From a bacterium (GTDB lineage Bacteria; Patescibacteriota; Minisyncoccia; UBA6257; UBA9933): a stretch of 64,000 bases of DNA. The notes beneath the pieces were generated by a model, which saw nothing but the letters and a program-made list of their open reading frames with translations, ran no database searches and had not been told where the DNA came from. How positions within the stretch are numbered: the first letter of the stretch is position 1; every line of letters starts with the position of its first letter. Both the position numbers and the translations under genes were made by a program. Location: the NCBI GenBank assembly GCA_030693235.1, contig JAUYBE010000006.1:71189-135188 (forward strand). The letters are read 5' to 3'. Shown here piece by piece: positions 9,226 through 18,399 of this stretch.

Positions 9226-9962
9226 ATCATCAGATGTATTTAGCCTTTCCGGATAGTGCCGGATGATTCCCTCGAAGCATTCTGTCCTCGAGGTACTCAA
9301 GATCAAAGAAAATTGGTTAACTTATTTTCGCCTACGGGATTATCACCCTCTTTGATCAGTCTTTCCAGACTGTTTGGCTAACAAGTTAATTTGTAACCAA
9401 TCTTACTATAAATAGTAAATTTCTCTGTCTTACAACCCCCATCAAAATTTTCTTGCGAAAATTTTGACAGGTTTGGGCTTTTCCCTTTTCGCTCGCCGCT
9501 ACTTGGGGAATAAAATTTTTCTCTTTTCCTCCGCTTACTGAGATGTTTCACTTCAGCGGGTTAGCATCATACTACTTATAAGCATGATAGCGCGGGTTTA
9601 CCGCGCTGGGTTTTCCCATTCGGAAATCTCCGGATCATAGGTTGCTAAGCACCTCCCCGAAGCTTATCGCAGCTACGCCACGTCCTTCATCGCCATCTGA
9701 TGTCAAGGCATCCACCATACGCCCTTATTTTAAACTGTCTCAATCCCTTTCGGGATTTGAGGATTCGAATAATTGTTTTTATTATTTAATTTTCAAGGAA
9801 CTATCAAATCAACCGTTTCAGAAAAATCAAAAACCGCGTTTCGCGCGGCTTTTAAATCAACAAAAATTTTGCTGATTTTTCAGCCACTTTTTGTATTCAT
9901 TAATTTCATCATTTTCATTATTAAGTATAGATGGTGGGAAAAGTATGTCAAGAGCCAAATTT

Positions 9963-10036
9963 TGGGTGGCCAACGGGATTCGAACCCGCGATGAGAGTTC
10001 CACAAACTCTAGTGTTGCCGCTACACTATGGCCACC
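9963..10036 (-). tRNA. tRNA-His (GTG), with G-1 and encoded CCA
   Basis: Manual fold: anticodon loop ttGTGga. An extra 5' G pairs with C73. The acceptor pairing is perfect. Confidence 0.8.
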
Positions 10037-10057
10037 ATAAATAGCGAAAATTTTATG

Positions 10058-10129
10058 TGCCGCGGGGGTGAATCGAACACCCGACGCCTACTTCTTCAGA
10101 GTAGCGCTCCACCACTGAGCTACCGCGGC
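10058..10129 (-). tRNA. tRNA-Phe (GAA)
   Basis: Manual fold with perfect 7-bp acceptor gccgcgg/ccgcggc. Anticodon loop ctGAAga; T-loop ttcgatt. Confidence 0.8.
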
Positions 10130-10184
10130 ATTATTTATTTTTGATAAAATTCTATCAAAAATAAATAAAATTGCAACAATTTTG

Positions 10185-10256
10185 TGCCCCCGCGAGGAAT
10201 CGAACCTCGATCTACTCCTTAGAAGGGAGTCGTTTTATCCATTAAACTATGGGGAC
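10185..10256 (-). tRNA. tRNA-Arg (TCT)
   Basis: Manual fold: anticodon stem actcc/ggagt with loop ctTCTaa. T-arm cgagg-ttcgatt-cctcg. One A-C mismatch in the acceptor. Confidence 0.65.
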
Positions 10257-10297
10257 ATGCGTTGCTTTTCCGCTTATTTTCCGATATTATAATTATA

Positions 10298-10798
10298 ATG
10301 AAAAAAGAAGAAAAGAAAACCTCTGCAATCCAATGGCAGGCGCCGGAATTTGAATATCGGCCGAAAGACGTTTCTTGGTATTGGTTAAGTTTGATTGTCG
10401 GGATTGTTTTAATCGCTTTGGCGGTCTGGCAGAAAAATTTTTTATTTGCGATTTTTGTGGTAATTGCTTGGCTGGTGATTACCACTTTGTCTAATCGTTT
10501 TCCGGCTGTCTGGGAATTTAAAATTGACGAAAAGGGGATTAATATCTCTTTGCCGAAAGAAAAATCCAACGCTAAGTTTTATTCTTACGCCGAAATAGAG
10601 GGATTCGATATCCATACCGGCGGAGAAGATTATCAAGAATTAATATTAAAAACCAAATCAAAACTTTCGCCGTATTTGAAAATCAACATTCATTCTGCCG
10701 ACGAAGAAAAAATCAAGGATTTTTTATTGAAAATTTTAGCCAAAGAAGAATATAATCAGTCACTGGTTGATTCCTTTTCAAAATTGATAAGATTTTAA
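10298..10798 (+). CDS. Hypothetical membrane protein (two TM helices near the N-terminus)
   Basis: ORF track 10262..10798. An internal ATG at 10298 (MKKEEKK) is preferred. Hydrophobic stretch WYWLSLIVGIVLIALAV. Confidence 0.5.
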   Translation: MKKEEKKTSAIQWQAPEFEYRPKDVSWYWLSLIVGIVLIALAVWQKNFLFAIFVVIAWLVITTLSNRFPAVWEFKIDEKGINISLPKEKSNAKFYSYAEIEGFDIHTGGEDYQELILKTKSKLSPYLKINIHSADEEKIKDFLLKILAKEEYNQSLVDSFSKLIRF

Positions 10799-10804
10799 AA
10801 TATT

Positions 10805-10880
10805 GTCCCCGTAGCTCAACGGATAGAGCGCTTCCCTGCGAAGGAAGAGGTTGCAGGTTCGATTCCTGCCGAGGACACCA
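10805..10880 (+). tRNA. tRNA-Arg with the unusual anticodon GCG (CCA encoded)
   Basis: Manual fold: D-arm gctc-aacggata-gagc. Anticodon stem cttcc/ggaag with loop ctGCGaa. T-arm gcagg-ttcgatt-cctgc. One acceptor mismatch. Confidence 0.6.
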
Positions 10881-10986
10881 ATGTCTTTCTTTTCTAAGTT
10901 ATCAACATTGATTTTTATTTTCATATGTTGTAGAAAAAACAATAGTCGGAAATTTGGTTTGAATTTATGAATTTGCTCAATTTAAA

Positions 10987-11376
10987 ATGGAAGAACAAAA
11001 AATGAATTTTGGCGTTCATCTTACTATTGACGGTTACGGAGGCGATAAAGAAAAATTAAATAATTTTGAATTGGTTTACAAAATTTTGAATAATCTGCCG
11101 GAAGAAATAGAAATGCATAAGTTGATGCCGCCATACGTCGTCATCGCGCCGGCAATTACCGAAAAAGACCAAGGGGGAATTTCTGGCTTCGTGATGATAG
11201 CGGAAAGCCACATAAGCATTCATACTTTTCCGGAAAAAGAATTTGTGAGCGCGGATGTTTATACTTGCCGAAATGATATGAATAAAGAAAAAATTTTGAA
11301 TTATTTTAAAGAAGCTTTTTCTTTAAAAGAACTTGAGACAAATTTCATTGAAAGGGGAAAGAACTTTTTTGTTTAA
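10987..11376 (+). CDS. speH: S-adenosylmethionine decarboxylase proenzyme, class 1b (SpeH-type)
   Basis: FGVHLTIDGYG plus the self-processing and active-site signature AESHISIHTFPE. Confidence 0.75.
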   Translation: MEEQKMNFGVHLTIDGYGGDKEKLNNFELVYKILNNLPEEIEMHKLMPPYVVIAPAITEKDQGGISGFVMIAESHISIHTFPEKEFVSADVYTCRNDMNKEKILNYFKEAFSLKELETNFIERGKNFFV

Positions 11377-13626
11377 ATGCCGAGAGTTATAAATTTAAAC
11401 GACTCGTTGGAAAACCTTTACGGCGTAGGTCCGAAATTCGCCGAACGCCTTGGAAAATTCAGCATCAAAACCGTAATGGATTTACTTTGGCATTTTCCTT
11501 TTCGCTACGAGGATTTTTCCAATATCTCCAAAATCGGCGATTTGAAAATCGGACAGCACGCCGTGATTCGCGGCGAAATCGTTTCGGTGAAGATGTGGAA
11601 AAGTTGGAAAAAGAGAATGTTTGTCATTGAGGCCTTGGTGAGCGACGGCAGCGGTTCAATTCGGGCGGTTTGGTTTAACCAGAGATTTTTAATAACAGTC
11701 ATTAAAAAAGGAATAACGGTTAATTTGGCCGGAAAAATAATTGAGACGAAAGGAGGATTAACAATTTCGCATCCGATTCATGAAATAATTACGTCTTTGA
11801 AAAAAGACGCCGGCGATTTAAGGCATACCGGCAGAATTGTGCCGGTGTATCCGGAAACAAGAGGTCTGACTTCAAAAATGCTTCGGTTTCTGATTCAGCC
11901 GCTCTTGAAAAATATCGGTTCTTTGGAAGACCCTTTGCCCGAAGAAATTTTAAAATCATCAAATTTGCCCGATTTAGAAACCAGCCTTCAGGCGATTCAT
12001 TTTCCCGAAACCCTTCGGCAAGCTCAGGCTGCCCAAAAGCGTTTCGCTTTTGAGGATTTATTTTTCTTGCAACTTGTCAATTTTCGCCAGCGTTTGCGTT
12101 TGGCGCGGGAAAAAGCGTATTCCGCGGAAATTGATTTGGAAGAAATAAAAGAAATGCTTAAAAAACTCCCGTTTGAATTGACGCGTTCCCAGAAAAAATC
12201 ATTATGGGAAATTTTACGGGATTTGAAAAAGTCCCATCCGATGAACAGGTTGTTGCAGGGCGATGTCGGTTCCGGAAAAACAATCGTGGCGATTTTAGCC
12301 GCTTTATCGATAATTAAAGACAACAAACAAGTCGCTTTTATGGTTCCGACCGAAGTATTGGCTCAACAGCATTACAACACTTTCAAAAAAATCTTTTCCG
12401 GTTTTAATAAAGGCGCCGGCATTATTACTTCTTCAATCGCGAAAGTTTTTTACGGCGACGGTTTGGAAAGCGACATTAAAAAAAGCGAAATTATCAAAAA
12501 AATAAAGAACGGAGAGATAAAAATCGTATTCGGCACCCATTCGCTTATTCAGAAATACATAAAATTCAGCAGTTTGGCTTTTGCGGTTATTGACGAACAG
12601 CATAGATTTGGCGTTCGCCAACGAGCAGACCTTTTAAAAAATAATAAATCCGGGATTGAGATTCCTCATTTATTATCAATGTCGGCGACGCCGATTCCGC
12701 GCACTTTAACTTTGACGGTTTTCGGCGACTTGGATTTGTCCATTATTGATGAATTGCCCAAAGGCAGAAAAGAGATAATTACTAAAATCGTTAGCCCGTT
12801 AAATCGAGATAAAGCTTACGCGTTTATTCGGGATCAGGTTAAAAAAGGACGGCAGATTTTTGTGATTTGTCCAAGAATAGATGCCGATAGCTCCGCCAAC
12901 CTGCCTGACGGAACCGGTCGTTCGTCCGCTCCAGCGGCGGACGACGACCTTGACTCTCGCGCCACCGACTTCTCGCTATCGCTCGGAGACCAAGCTCGGT
13001 GGCGCTCCGAGACATTCCGCGCGGCAGATTGGCGGAGCGAAATAAAAGCAGTCAAAGAAGAATACGAAAAACTATCGCAAAAAATCTTTCCGGATTTAAA
13101 AGTAGCGATGCTGCATGGTAAAATGAAAGCTAAAGAAAAAACTGAAATAATGAAAAAGTTCAAAGACGGCGAAATTGATATTTTGGTTTCAACCTCGGTG
13201 GTGGAAGTCGGCGTTGACGTGCCGAACGCCACCATTATGATGATTGAAGGTTCTGACAAATTCGGTTTGGCCCAGCTTTATCAGTTTCGGGGCCGGGTGG
13301 GCAGGGGAGAGCATCAATCCTTTTGTTTTCTTTTTACGGATTCTTCTTCGCAAACAACTCGTAAGAGACTTCATTCTTTAATAGAAGCCAAAAACGGTTT
13401 CGAGCTTGCCGAGAAAGATTTGGCTATTCGCGGGCCCGGAGAATTCTTGGGAGAATCGCAAACCGGCATACCCGATTTGGCAATGAAGGCGGTTCAAAAT
13501 CCGGAATTGGTTAAATCTGGTCGCGAAGCCGCGGAAATGATTTTAAAAAAAGACCCTGAACTGAAAAATTATCCCTTGCTCAAAAAACGGTTGGATAGTT
13601 TTGAAAAAAAAGTGCATTTGGAGTAG
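11377..13626 (+). CDS. recG: ATP-dependent DNA helicase RecG, with a GC-rich in-frame insertion of about 150 nt (about 12886-13040)
   Basis: Helicase motifs LLQGDVGSGKT, DEQHRFGV, SATPIPRTL and QFRGRVGRG. The N-terminal wedge domain is present. Confidence 0.9.
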   Translation: MPRVINLNDSLENLYGVGPKFAERLGKFSIKTVMDLLWHFPFRYEDFSNISKIGDLKIGQHAVIRGEIVSVKMWKSWKKRMFVIEALVSDGSGSIRAVWFNQRFLITVIKKGITVNLAGKIIETKGGLTISHPIHEIITSLKKDAGDLRHTGRIVPVYPETRGLTSKMLRFLIQPLLKNIGSLEDPLPEEILKSSNLPDLETSLQAIHFPETLRQAQAAQKRFAFEDLFFLQLVNFRQRLRLAREKAYSAEIDLEEIKEMLKKLPFELTRSQKKSLWEILRDLKKSHPMNRLLQGDVGSGKTIVAILAALSIIKDNKQVAFMVPTEVLAQQHYNTFKKIFSGFNKGAGIITSSIAKVFYGDGLESDIKKSEIIKKIKNGEIKIVFGTHSLIQKYIKFSSLAFAVIDEQHRFGVRQRADLLKNNKSGIEIPHLLSMSATPIPRTLTLTVFGDLDLSIIDELPKGRKEIITKIVSPLNRDKAYAFIRDQVKKGRQIFVICPRIDADSSANLPDGTGRSSAPAADDDLDSRATDFSLSLGDQARWRSETFRAADWRSEIKAVKEEYEKLSQKIFPDLKVAMLHGKMKAKEKTEIMKKFKDGEIDILVSTSVVEVGVDVPNATIMMIEGSDKFGLAQLYQFRGRVGRGEHQSFCFLFTDSSSQTTRKRLHSLIEAKNGFELAEKDLAIRGPGEFLGESQTGIPDLAMKAVQNPELVKSGREAAEMILKKDPELKNYPLLKKRLDSFEKKVHLE

Positions 13627-13641
13627 AATATAAGGCATATT

Positions 13642-14511
13642 ATGAAAACTTTAAAACAAATTATACAAGAAGCCGAGAAAAATAAAGTCGCCATCGGGCA
13701 TTTTAATATTTCGGAATGCGCCGGATTGAAAGGAATTTTTAAAGCGGCCCAGGAATTAAATTTGCCTGTAATCATCGGTGTTTCCGAGGGCGAGGCGGGA
13801 TTTATCGGTTATCGACAAGTGGCTGGCTTGGTGAAAAGTTTAAGGGAAGAATATAATTATCCGATTTTTTTGAATCTTGACCACGCTAAATCGCTCGAAA
13901 AAATTAAGGAGGCGGTTGAAGCGGGTTTTGACGCGGTAATGTTTGATGGAGGCGGATTGTCTTTTGAAGAAAATATAAAAAAAACAAAAGAAGTGGTTGA
14001 ATATGTCAAAAATTTTTCCGCCAGCAGACAAACTGAAATTTTAGTTGAAGCCGAAATCGGTTATCTTAAGGGCAGTTCAACTTTATTAGCCGAAACAATA
14101 ATCATTAAAGAAGAGGATTTAACGAAAACGGAAGAAGCAGCCCAATTCGTTAAAGAAACCGGCGTTGATTTGCTGGCGCCGTCGGTGGGCAATATTCACG
14201 GAATGTTCAAGAACGCGCCGAATCCGAATTTAAACATCGAAAGAATTAAAGAAATTAAAAACGTGGCAGGCATTCCCTTGGTTCTTCATGGCGGTTCCGG
14301 AATAATCGACGACGATTTTTTAAAAGCCATTGACGCCGGCATTTCAATCATCCATATTAATACAGAACTTCGTTTGGCGTGGAGAAAAGGAATGGATAAA
14401 GCCTTAAAAGAAAATCCCGAAGAAATCGTGCCGTATAAATTATTGCCGATAGTGATTGAAGAAATAAGAAAAGCGGCGTATAATAGATTGAAATTGTTTA
14501 ATAAGTTATAA
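13642..14511 (+). CDS. fba: Fructose-bisphosphate aldolase, class II
   Basis: Sequence VAIGHFNI...LDHAKS...LVLHGGSG, matching class II FBA/tagatose-bisphosphate aldolase family motifs. Confidence 0.8.
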   Translation: MKTLKQIIQEAEKNKVAIGHFNISECAGLKGIFKAAQELNLPVIIGVSEGEAGFIGYRQVAGLVKSLREEYNYPIFLNLDHAKSLEKIKEAVEAGFDAVMFDGGGLSFEENIKKTKEVVEYVKNFSASRQTEILVEAEIGYLKGSSTLLAETIIIKEEDLTKTEEAAQFVKETGVDLLAPSVGNIHGMFKNAPNPNLNIERIKEIKNVAGIPLVLHGGSGIIDDDFLKAIDAGISIIHINTELRLAWRKGMDKALKENPEEIVPYKLLPIVIEEIRKAAYNRLKLFNKL

Positions 14512-14514
14512 ATT

Positions 14515-15183
14515 ATGGAATTAAGCGTTCAAAAAAGAGAAATATTCGGGAAAAAAGTTAAGTCTTTGCGGGGGCAAGGTTTGATTCCGGCCGAACTTTA
14601 CGGCCGTGATTTTGAGAATATTCATTTAAGCGTTCCGGCTAAGGATTTTTTAGCTGTTTTCAAAAAAGCCGGCGAAAGCACAATTATTAAACTTGTTTTG
14701 AGCGGCGCCGAAGGATTAAAAGGCGGAAATGAGTTTAATGTTTTAATTAATGATTTTCAGAAGAGTCCATTAACCAATGAGATTTCTCATGTTGATTTTT
14801 ATTCCGTGAGAATGGATGAAAAAATCACCGCTATGGTTCCGTTGGAATTTATCAATGAGTCGCCGGCGGTTAAAGAAAAAGTCGGAATTTTAATTAAGGC
14901 AATGAAAGAAATTGAAGTGGAATCTTTGCCGGCTGATTTGCCTCACCATATAGAAGTTGATATCGGCAATCTTTCCGATATCGGAATGAGCATTCGCGTT
15001 AAAGATTTAAAGATTAATAAAGGAGCGAAACTTTTGGTTGACCAGGAAACGGTTGTGGCTACTGTTGCTGAAATGGCAAAAGAAGAAGAGGTTGTCGCGC
15101 CGGTAAGCGTGGAGGAAGTGAAAGTTGAAGGAGAAGAAAAACGAGAGGAAAAGAGAGAAGAAAAGAAAAAAGAAGAAAAATGA
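14515..15183 (+). CDS. rplY: Ribosomal protein bL25 / general stress protein Ctc, with an acidic/lysine-rich C-terminal tail
   Basis: Sequence RGQGLIPAELYG...HLSV...F matches the bL25 N-domain pattern. Confidence 0.8.
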   Translation: MELSVQKREIFGKKVKSLRGQGLIPAELYGRDFENIHLSVPAKDFLAVFKKAGESTIIKLVLSGAEGLKGGNEFNVLINDFQKSPLTNEISHVDFYSVRMDEKITAMVPLEFINESPAVKEKVGILIKAMKEIEVESLPADLPHHIEVDIGNLSDIGMSIRVKDLKINKGAKLLVDQETVVATVAEMAKEEEVVAPVSVEEVKVEGEEKREEKREEKKKEEK

Positions 15184-16622
15184 AAACTCGCCTCCTTGTC
15201 GACATAAACCCCGTTAGAAAACCATATTTTTCTAACGGGGTAAAAAGGAGAAATAGCGTCAAACTCAATTTAAGTTTTAGTCCATGGATTACGATTCCTT
15301 TTAAAAATCTGCTTAGGGCGGTTTTTATTTTGCCGGTTGTTTTATTTTTTGTTTTCGGTTCGGTGACGGCTCCTGTTTCCGGCGGCGCCCGAGCCGCTCA
15401 AAACGAAGAAGAGAGAAAAGTTTTAGAATCAGAACTTGTTAAATACGAAAAAGAGATAGAACAGCACGAAGCCGCAATTGCTTTATTAAAAAAACAAGGC
15501 AAAACCCTGACATCAGAAATCAATCAGCTAAACAATAAAATCGCCAAACTTAATCTTCAAATAAAAGCCGTTAATTTGACTTTAAACAAATTAGACTCGG
15601 AGATTTCCAATACCCAGGGGCAGATAAGCCTGACAGAAAGCGAGATAGTTTTAAATAAAAAAAACCTTTCCCAATTGCTTCAGGTTTTATATGAGAATGA
15701 CAATCAGTCCTTAGTGGAAGTTCTTTTTAAAAATCCCCAGCTTTCGGATTTTTTCGGCGATATGAATAATATGTTGGCGGTTCAAGATAATCTAAGGGCA
15801 GTTATTGTCAAGGTTATTGAAGCGCGTCAAAAATTGGTTGACCAGAAAGAAGTTTTGGCTTTGGAGCGGGAGGACGCGGTTGCCTTAAAATCCTATCAAG
15901 ACGCTCAAAGAGCGAGTGTTCAAAAAACTCAATCGGATAAAAATAGTCTTTTAAAAGTTACCAAGGGTAAGGAATCGGAATATCAAAAGCTTTTAATTGA
16001 AACTAAAAAAACCGCCGCTGAAATCAGAAAACAAATCTTTAAATTTTTGGGCGGCGGTCAATTAGAATTTGGCGACGCTTATAATTTGGCGAAAATAGCC
16101 GAACAGGCGACTGGGGTTCGGGCTGCTTTGATTTTGGCGGTTTTAGACAGGGAATCGGCTTTGGGGAAAAATGTCGGACAATGCGATTATAAAACCGCCA
16201 CGCACCCGACGCGCGATATTCCGATTTTTCTTGAGATTATCAAAGAATTGGGATTTGAAAAAAAACTGGAAGATGGCTTGATTAAAGTGTCTTGCGCGAT
16301 CAGTTCCGATGGCGCCTACGGCGGAGCTATGGGTCCGGCGCAATTTATTCCCTCAACGTGGAATATTTATAAAGATAGGATTGCCAAATTAACCGGCAAC
16401 AATCCCGCTAATCCATGGAATAACGAAGACGCTTTTATGGGCACTGCTTTGTATCTTAAAGATTCCGGCGCCGGCGCCGGCGCTTCATTGGCCGACGAAA
16501 GAAAAGCCGCGGCCAAATATTACGCCGGTTCGCGTTGGAGTCGTTATCTTTCAACTTACGGTTCCCGGGTAGTCGCTCAGGCGCAGAAATTTGAAGAAGA
16601 CATAGCGATTCTAAGTTCGTAG
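15180..16622 (+). CDS. Coiled-coil protein with a C-terminal lytic transglycosylase (SLT/lysozyme-like) domain. The annotated N-terminus overlaps a palindromic element, so the true start may be downstream
   Basis: The C-terminal LAVLDRESALG...MGPAQFIPSTW is SLT-like, with a catalytic Glu in RES and an AQF.PSTW box. A long heptad-rich central region is present. A palindrome at 15207-15239 lies in the N-terminus. Confidence 0.65.
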   Translation: MKTRLLVDINPVRKPYFSNGVKRRNSVKLNLSFSPWITIPFKNLLRAVFILPVVLFFVFGSVTAPVSGGARAAQNEEERKVLESELVKYEKEIEQHEAAIALLKKQGKTLTSEINQLNNKIAKLNLQIKAVNLTLNKLDSEISNTQGQISLTESEIVLNKKNLSQLLQVLYENDNQSLVEVLFKNPQLSDFFGDMNNMLAVQDNLRAVIVKVIEARQKLVDQKEVLALEREDAVALKSYQDAQRASVQKTQSDKNSLLKVTKGKESEYQKLLIETKKTAAEIRKQIFKFLGGGQLEFGDAYNLAKIAEQATGVRAALILAVLDRESALGKNVGQCDYKTATHPTRDIPIFLEIIKELGFEKKLEDGLIKVSCAISSDGAYGGAMGPAQFIPSTWNIYKDRIAKLTGNNPANPWNNEDAFMGTALYLKDSGAGAGASLADERKAAAKYYAGSRWSRYLSTYGSRVVAQAQKFEEDIAILSS

Positions 16623-16662
16623 TTGACAACGTTTTTTTATTCAGTTAATATTAAAACCATTA

Positions 16663-16884
16663 ATGTTAGAAAAGAAAAAAGAAAAACTGGTTCCGGTTGA
16701 AGGAATTATTATAGAATCTTTGCCGTCGGCCACTTTTAAAGTGAAAATTGCCGAGGGCGAAGAAGTTCTCGCTTACCCCGCCGGAAAAATGCGTTTGTAC
16801 CATATTAAAATTTTACCGGGCGATCGGGTGTTGATGGAATTAAGCCCGGACAAAAAAATAGGAAGGATAACCAGAAGGTTATAA
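16663..16884 (+). CDS. infA: Translation initiation factor IF-1
   Basis: 73 aa. The sequence G.I.E.LP.A.F.V.......L....GKMR...I.IL.GD.V..E.SPYD..KGRI matches the S1-like fold. Confidence 0.9.
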   Translation: MLEKKKEKLVPVEGIIIESLPSATFKVKIAEGEEVLAYPAGKMRLYHIKILPGDRVLMELSPDKKIGRITRRL

Positions 16885-16896
16885 AGTTTAAATTTA

Positions 16897-17151
16897 ATGA
16901 AGAAAAAAATAACCACAATTGAAGATTTGGCGGTTTTGGTTCAGGGAGAATTTTTAAATGTTGATAAAAATTTTAAAGAATTACGCAATGAAATGGGTAA
17001 TGGATTTAGAAGTTTAAGAAATGAAATTTTAGAGATTAAATCTGATTTGGAAGATCTTAAATTGAGAATGGGCGAAATGGTTTTTAGATTTGAAATTCAA
17101 GATGTTGAAAGAAGATTAAAGAGAGTAGAGGAAAAAATTGGGTTAAAATAA
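16897..17151 (+). CDS. Hypothetical small coiled-coil protein
   Basis: ORF track entry. Charged heptad-like sequence, no recognisable family. Confidence 0.4.
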   Translation: MKKKITTIEDLAVLVQGEFLNVDKNFKELRNEMGNGFRSLRNEILEIKSDLEDLKLRMGEMVFRFEIQDVERRLKRVEEKIGLK

Positions 17152-17155
17152 ACAA

Positions 17156-17272
17156 TGAAAGTGCGAGCATCCGTAAAAAAAATTTGTAAAGATTGTAAAA
17201 CCGTCCGAAGACAAGGACGGATTTATGTGATTTGCAAGAAAAATCCGAAACATAAACAGCGTCAGGGGTAGA
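17156..17272 (+). CDS. rpmJ: Ribosomal protein bL36
   Basis: Translated by hand: [38 protein letters not shown]. This is the canonical L36 zinc-ribbon. It is absent from the ORF track because it is under 60 aa. Confidence 0.9.
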
Positions 17273-17355
17273 TAATCAGGTTTTAGTTTTTAGTTTTTAG
17301 GTTTTAGATAATTTTTTTCTAACACCTAACACCTAACACCTAACACCTAAAAACT

Positions 17356-17739
17356 TTGAGACTAATAGGCATCAACATTCCAGATAATAAAAGAATAGAA
17401 ATCGCTTTAACCTATGTGTACGGCATCGGCCGTTCTTTGGCGAATGACATTTTAAAAACGACAAAAATCGATTTCAACAAGCGGGCGAAAGATTTAAGTC
17501 CCGAAGAAATCAGCCGCCTTAAGCAGGAAATTGAAAAAAGTTATAAAATTGAAGGAGAATTGCGCCAGTCAATAAAACAAAACATCGTTCGTCTTAAAGA
17601 AATTCAATGCTATCGAGGAAGCAGGCATTTAAAAAAATTACCGATAAGAGGTCAGCGGACCAAAACCAATTCCCGGACCGTCAGAGGCAATGTCAGAAAA
17701 ACGGTCGGCAGCGGAAAGAGAAAAGCGGACTTGAAGTAA
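17356..17739 (+). CDS. rpsM: Ribosomal protein uS13 (TTG start)
   Basis: Sequence RLIGINIPDNKRIEIALTYVYGIGRSLANDIL... matches S13. Confidence 0.9.
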   Translation: MRLIGINIPDNKRIEIALTYVYGIGRSLANDILKTTKIDFNKRAKDLSPEEISRLKQEIEKSYKIEGELRQSIKQNIVRLKEIQCYRGSRHLKKLPIRGQRTKTNSRTVRGNVRKTVGSGKRKADLK

Positions 17740-17826
17740 GTTCATAAAGTTCATAAAGTTCATAAAGTTTGTAAAGTTTAACGAATTCAACTTTATAACT
17801 TCCAACTTTATAAACTTTTAACTAAA

Positions 17827-18282
17827 ATGGGTAAGAAAAAAGTTATTAAAAAAACAGAAGAAGAGGTTTTAAAAGAGAAAGATAAATTGGAAACGGCGAT
17901 GACAAAAGCCGCCGGGAAAGGCACGGTCATAAAAAAAATAGACAGCGGTCGGATTTATATTAACGCCAGTTATAATAATACCGTTTTAACCGTCGCCGAC
18001 AGAAAAGGCGATGTTATTGCCTGGGCATCGGCCGGTTCGTTGGGTTTTTCCGGACCCAAAAAATCAACCCCTTTCGCGGCTTCAAAAGTTGTTGCCGCTG
18101 TCGCCGAGAAATTAAAAAAAATCGGAATTGTTAATTTTGAAGTTATCGTTAAGGGCGTCGGCTCGGGAAGAGATTCGTCTATCAGATCTTTGGCTAATCA
18201 AGGATTTAATATTTTATCAATTAAAGATGTTACCCCTATTCCTCATAACGGTCCGCGGCCGCCGAAAGTGAGAAGAGTGTAA
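17827..18282 (+). CDS. rpsK: Ribosomal protein uS11
   Basis: Sequence GRIYINASYNNTVLTVADRKGDVIAWASAGSLGFSGPKKSTPFAA matches S11. Confidence 0.9.
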   Translation: MGKKKVIKKTEEEVLKEKDKLETAMTKAAGKGTVIKKIDSGRIYINASYNNTVLTVADRKGDVIAWASAGSLGFSGPKKSTPFAASKVVAAVAEKLKKIGIVNFEVIVKGVGSGRDSSIRSLANQGFNILSIKDVTPIPHNGPRPPKVRRV

Positions 18283-18399
18283 ATATAAAAATTATTCTAA
18301 TTAGTCTAATTTCTAATTATTCTAAAACCTGGGCATTAGGGTTTAGGGTTTATTTAGGTAAATTAGAATAATTAGGTTAATTAGAGTAATTTATAAAGC

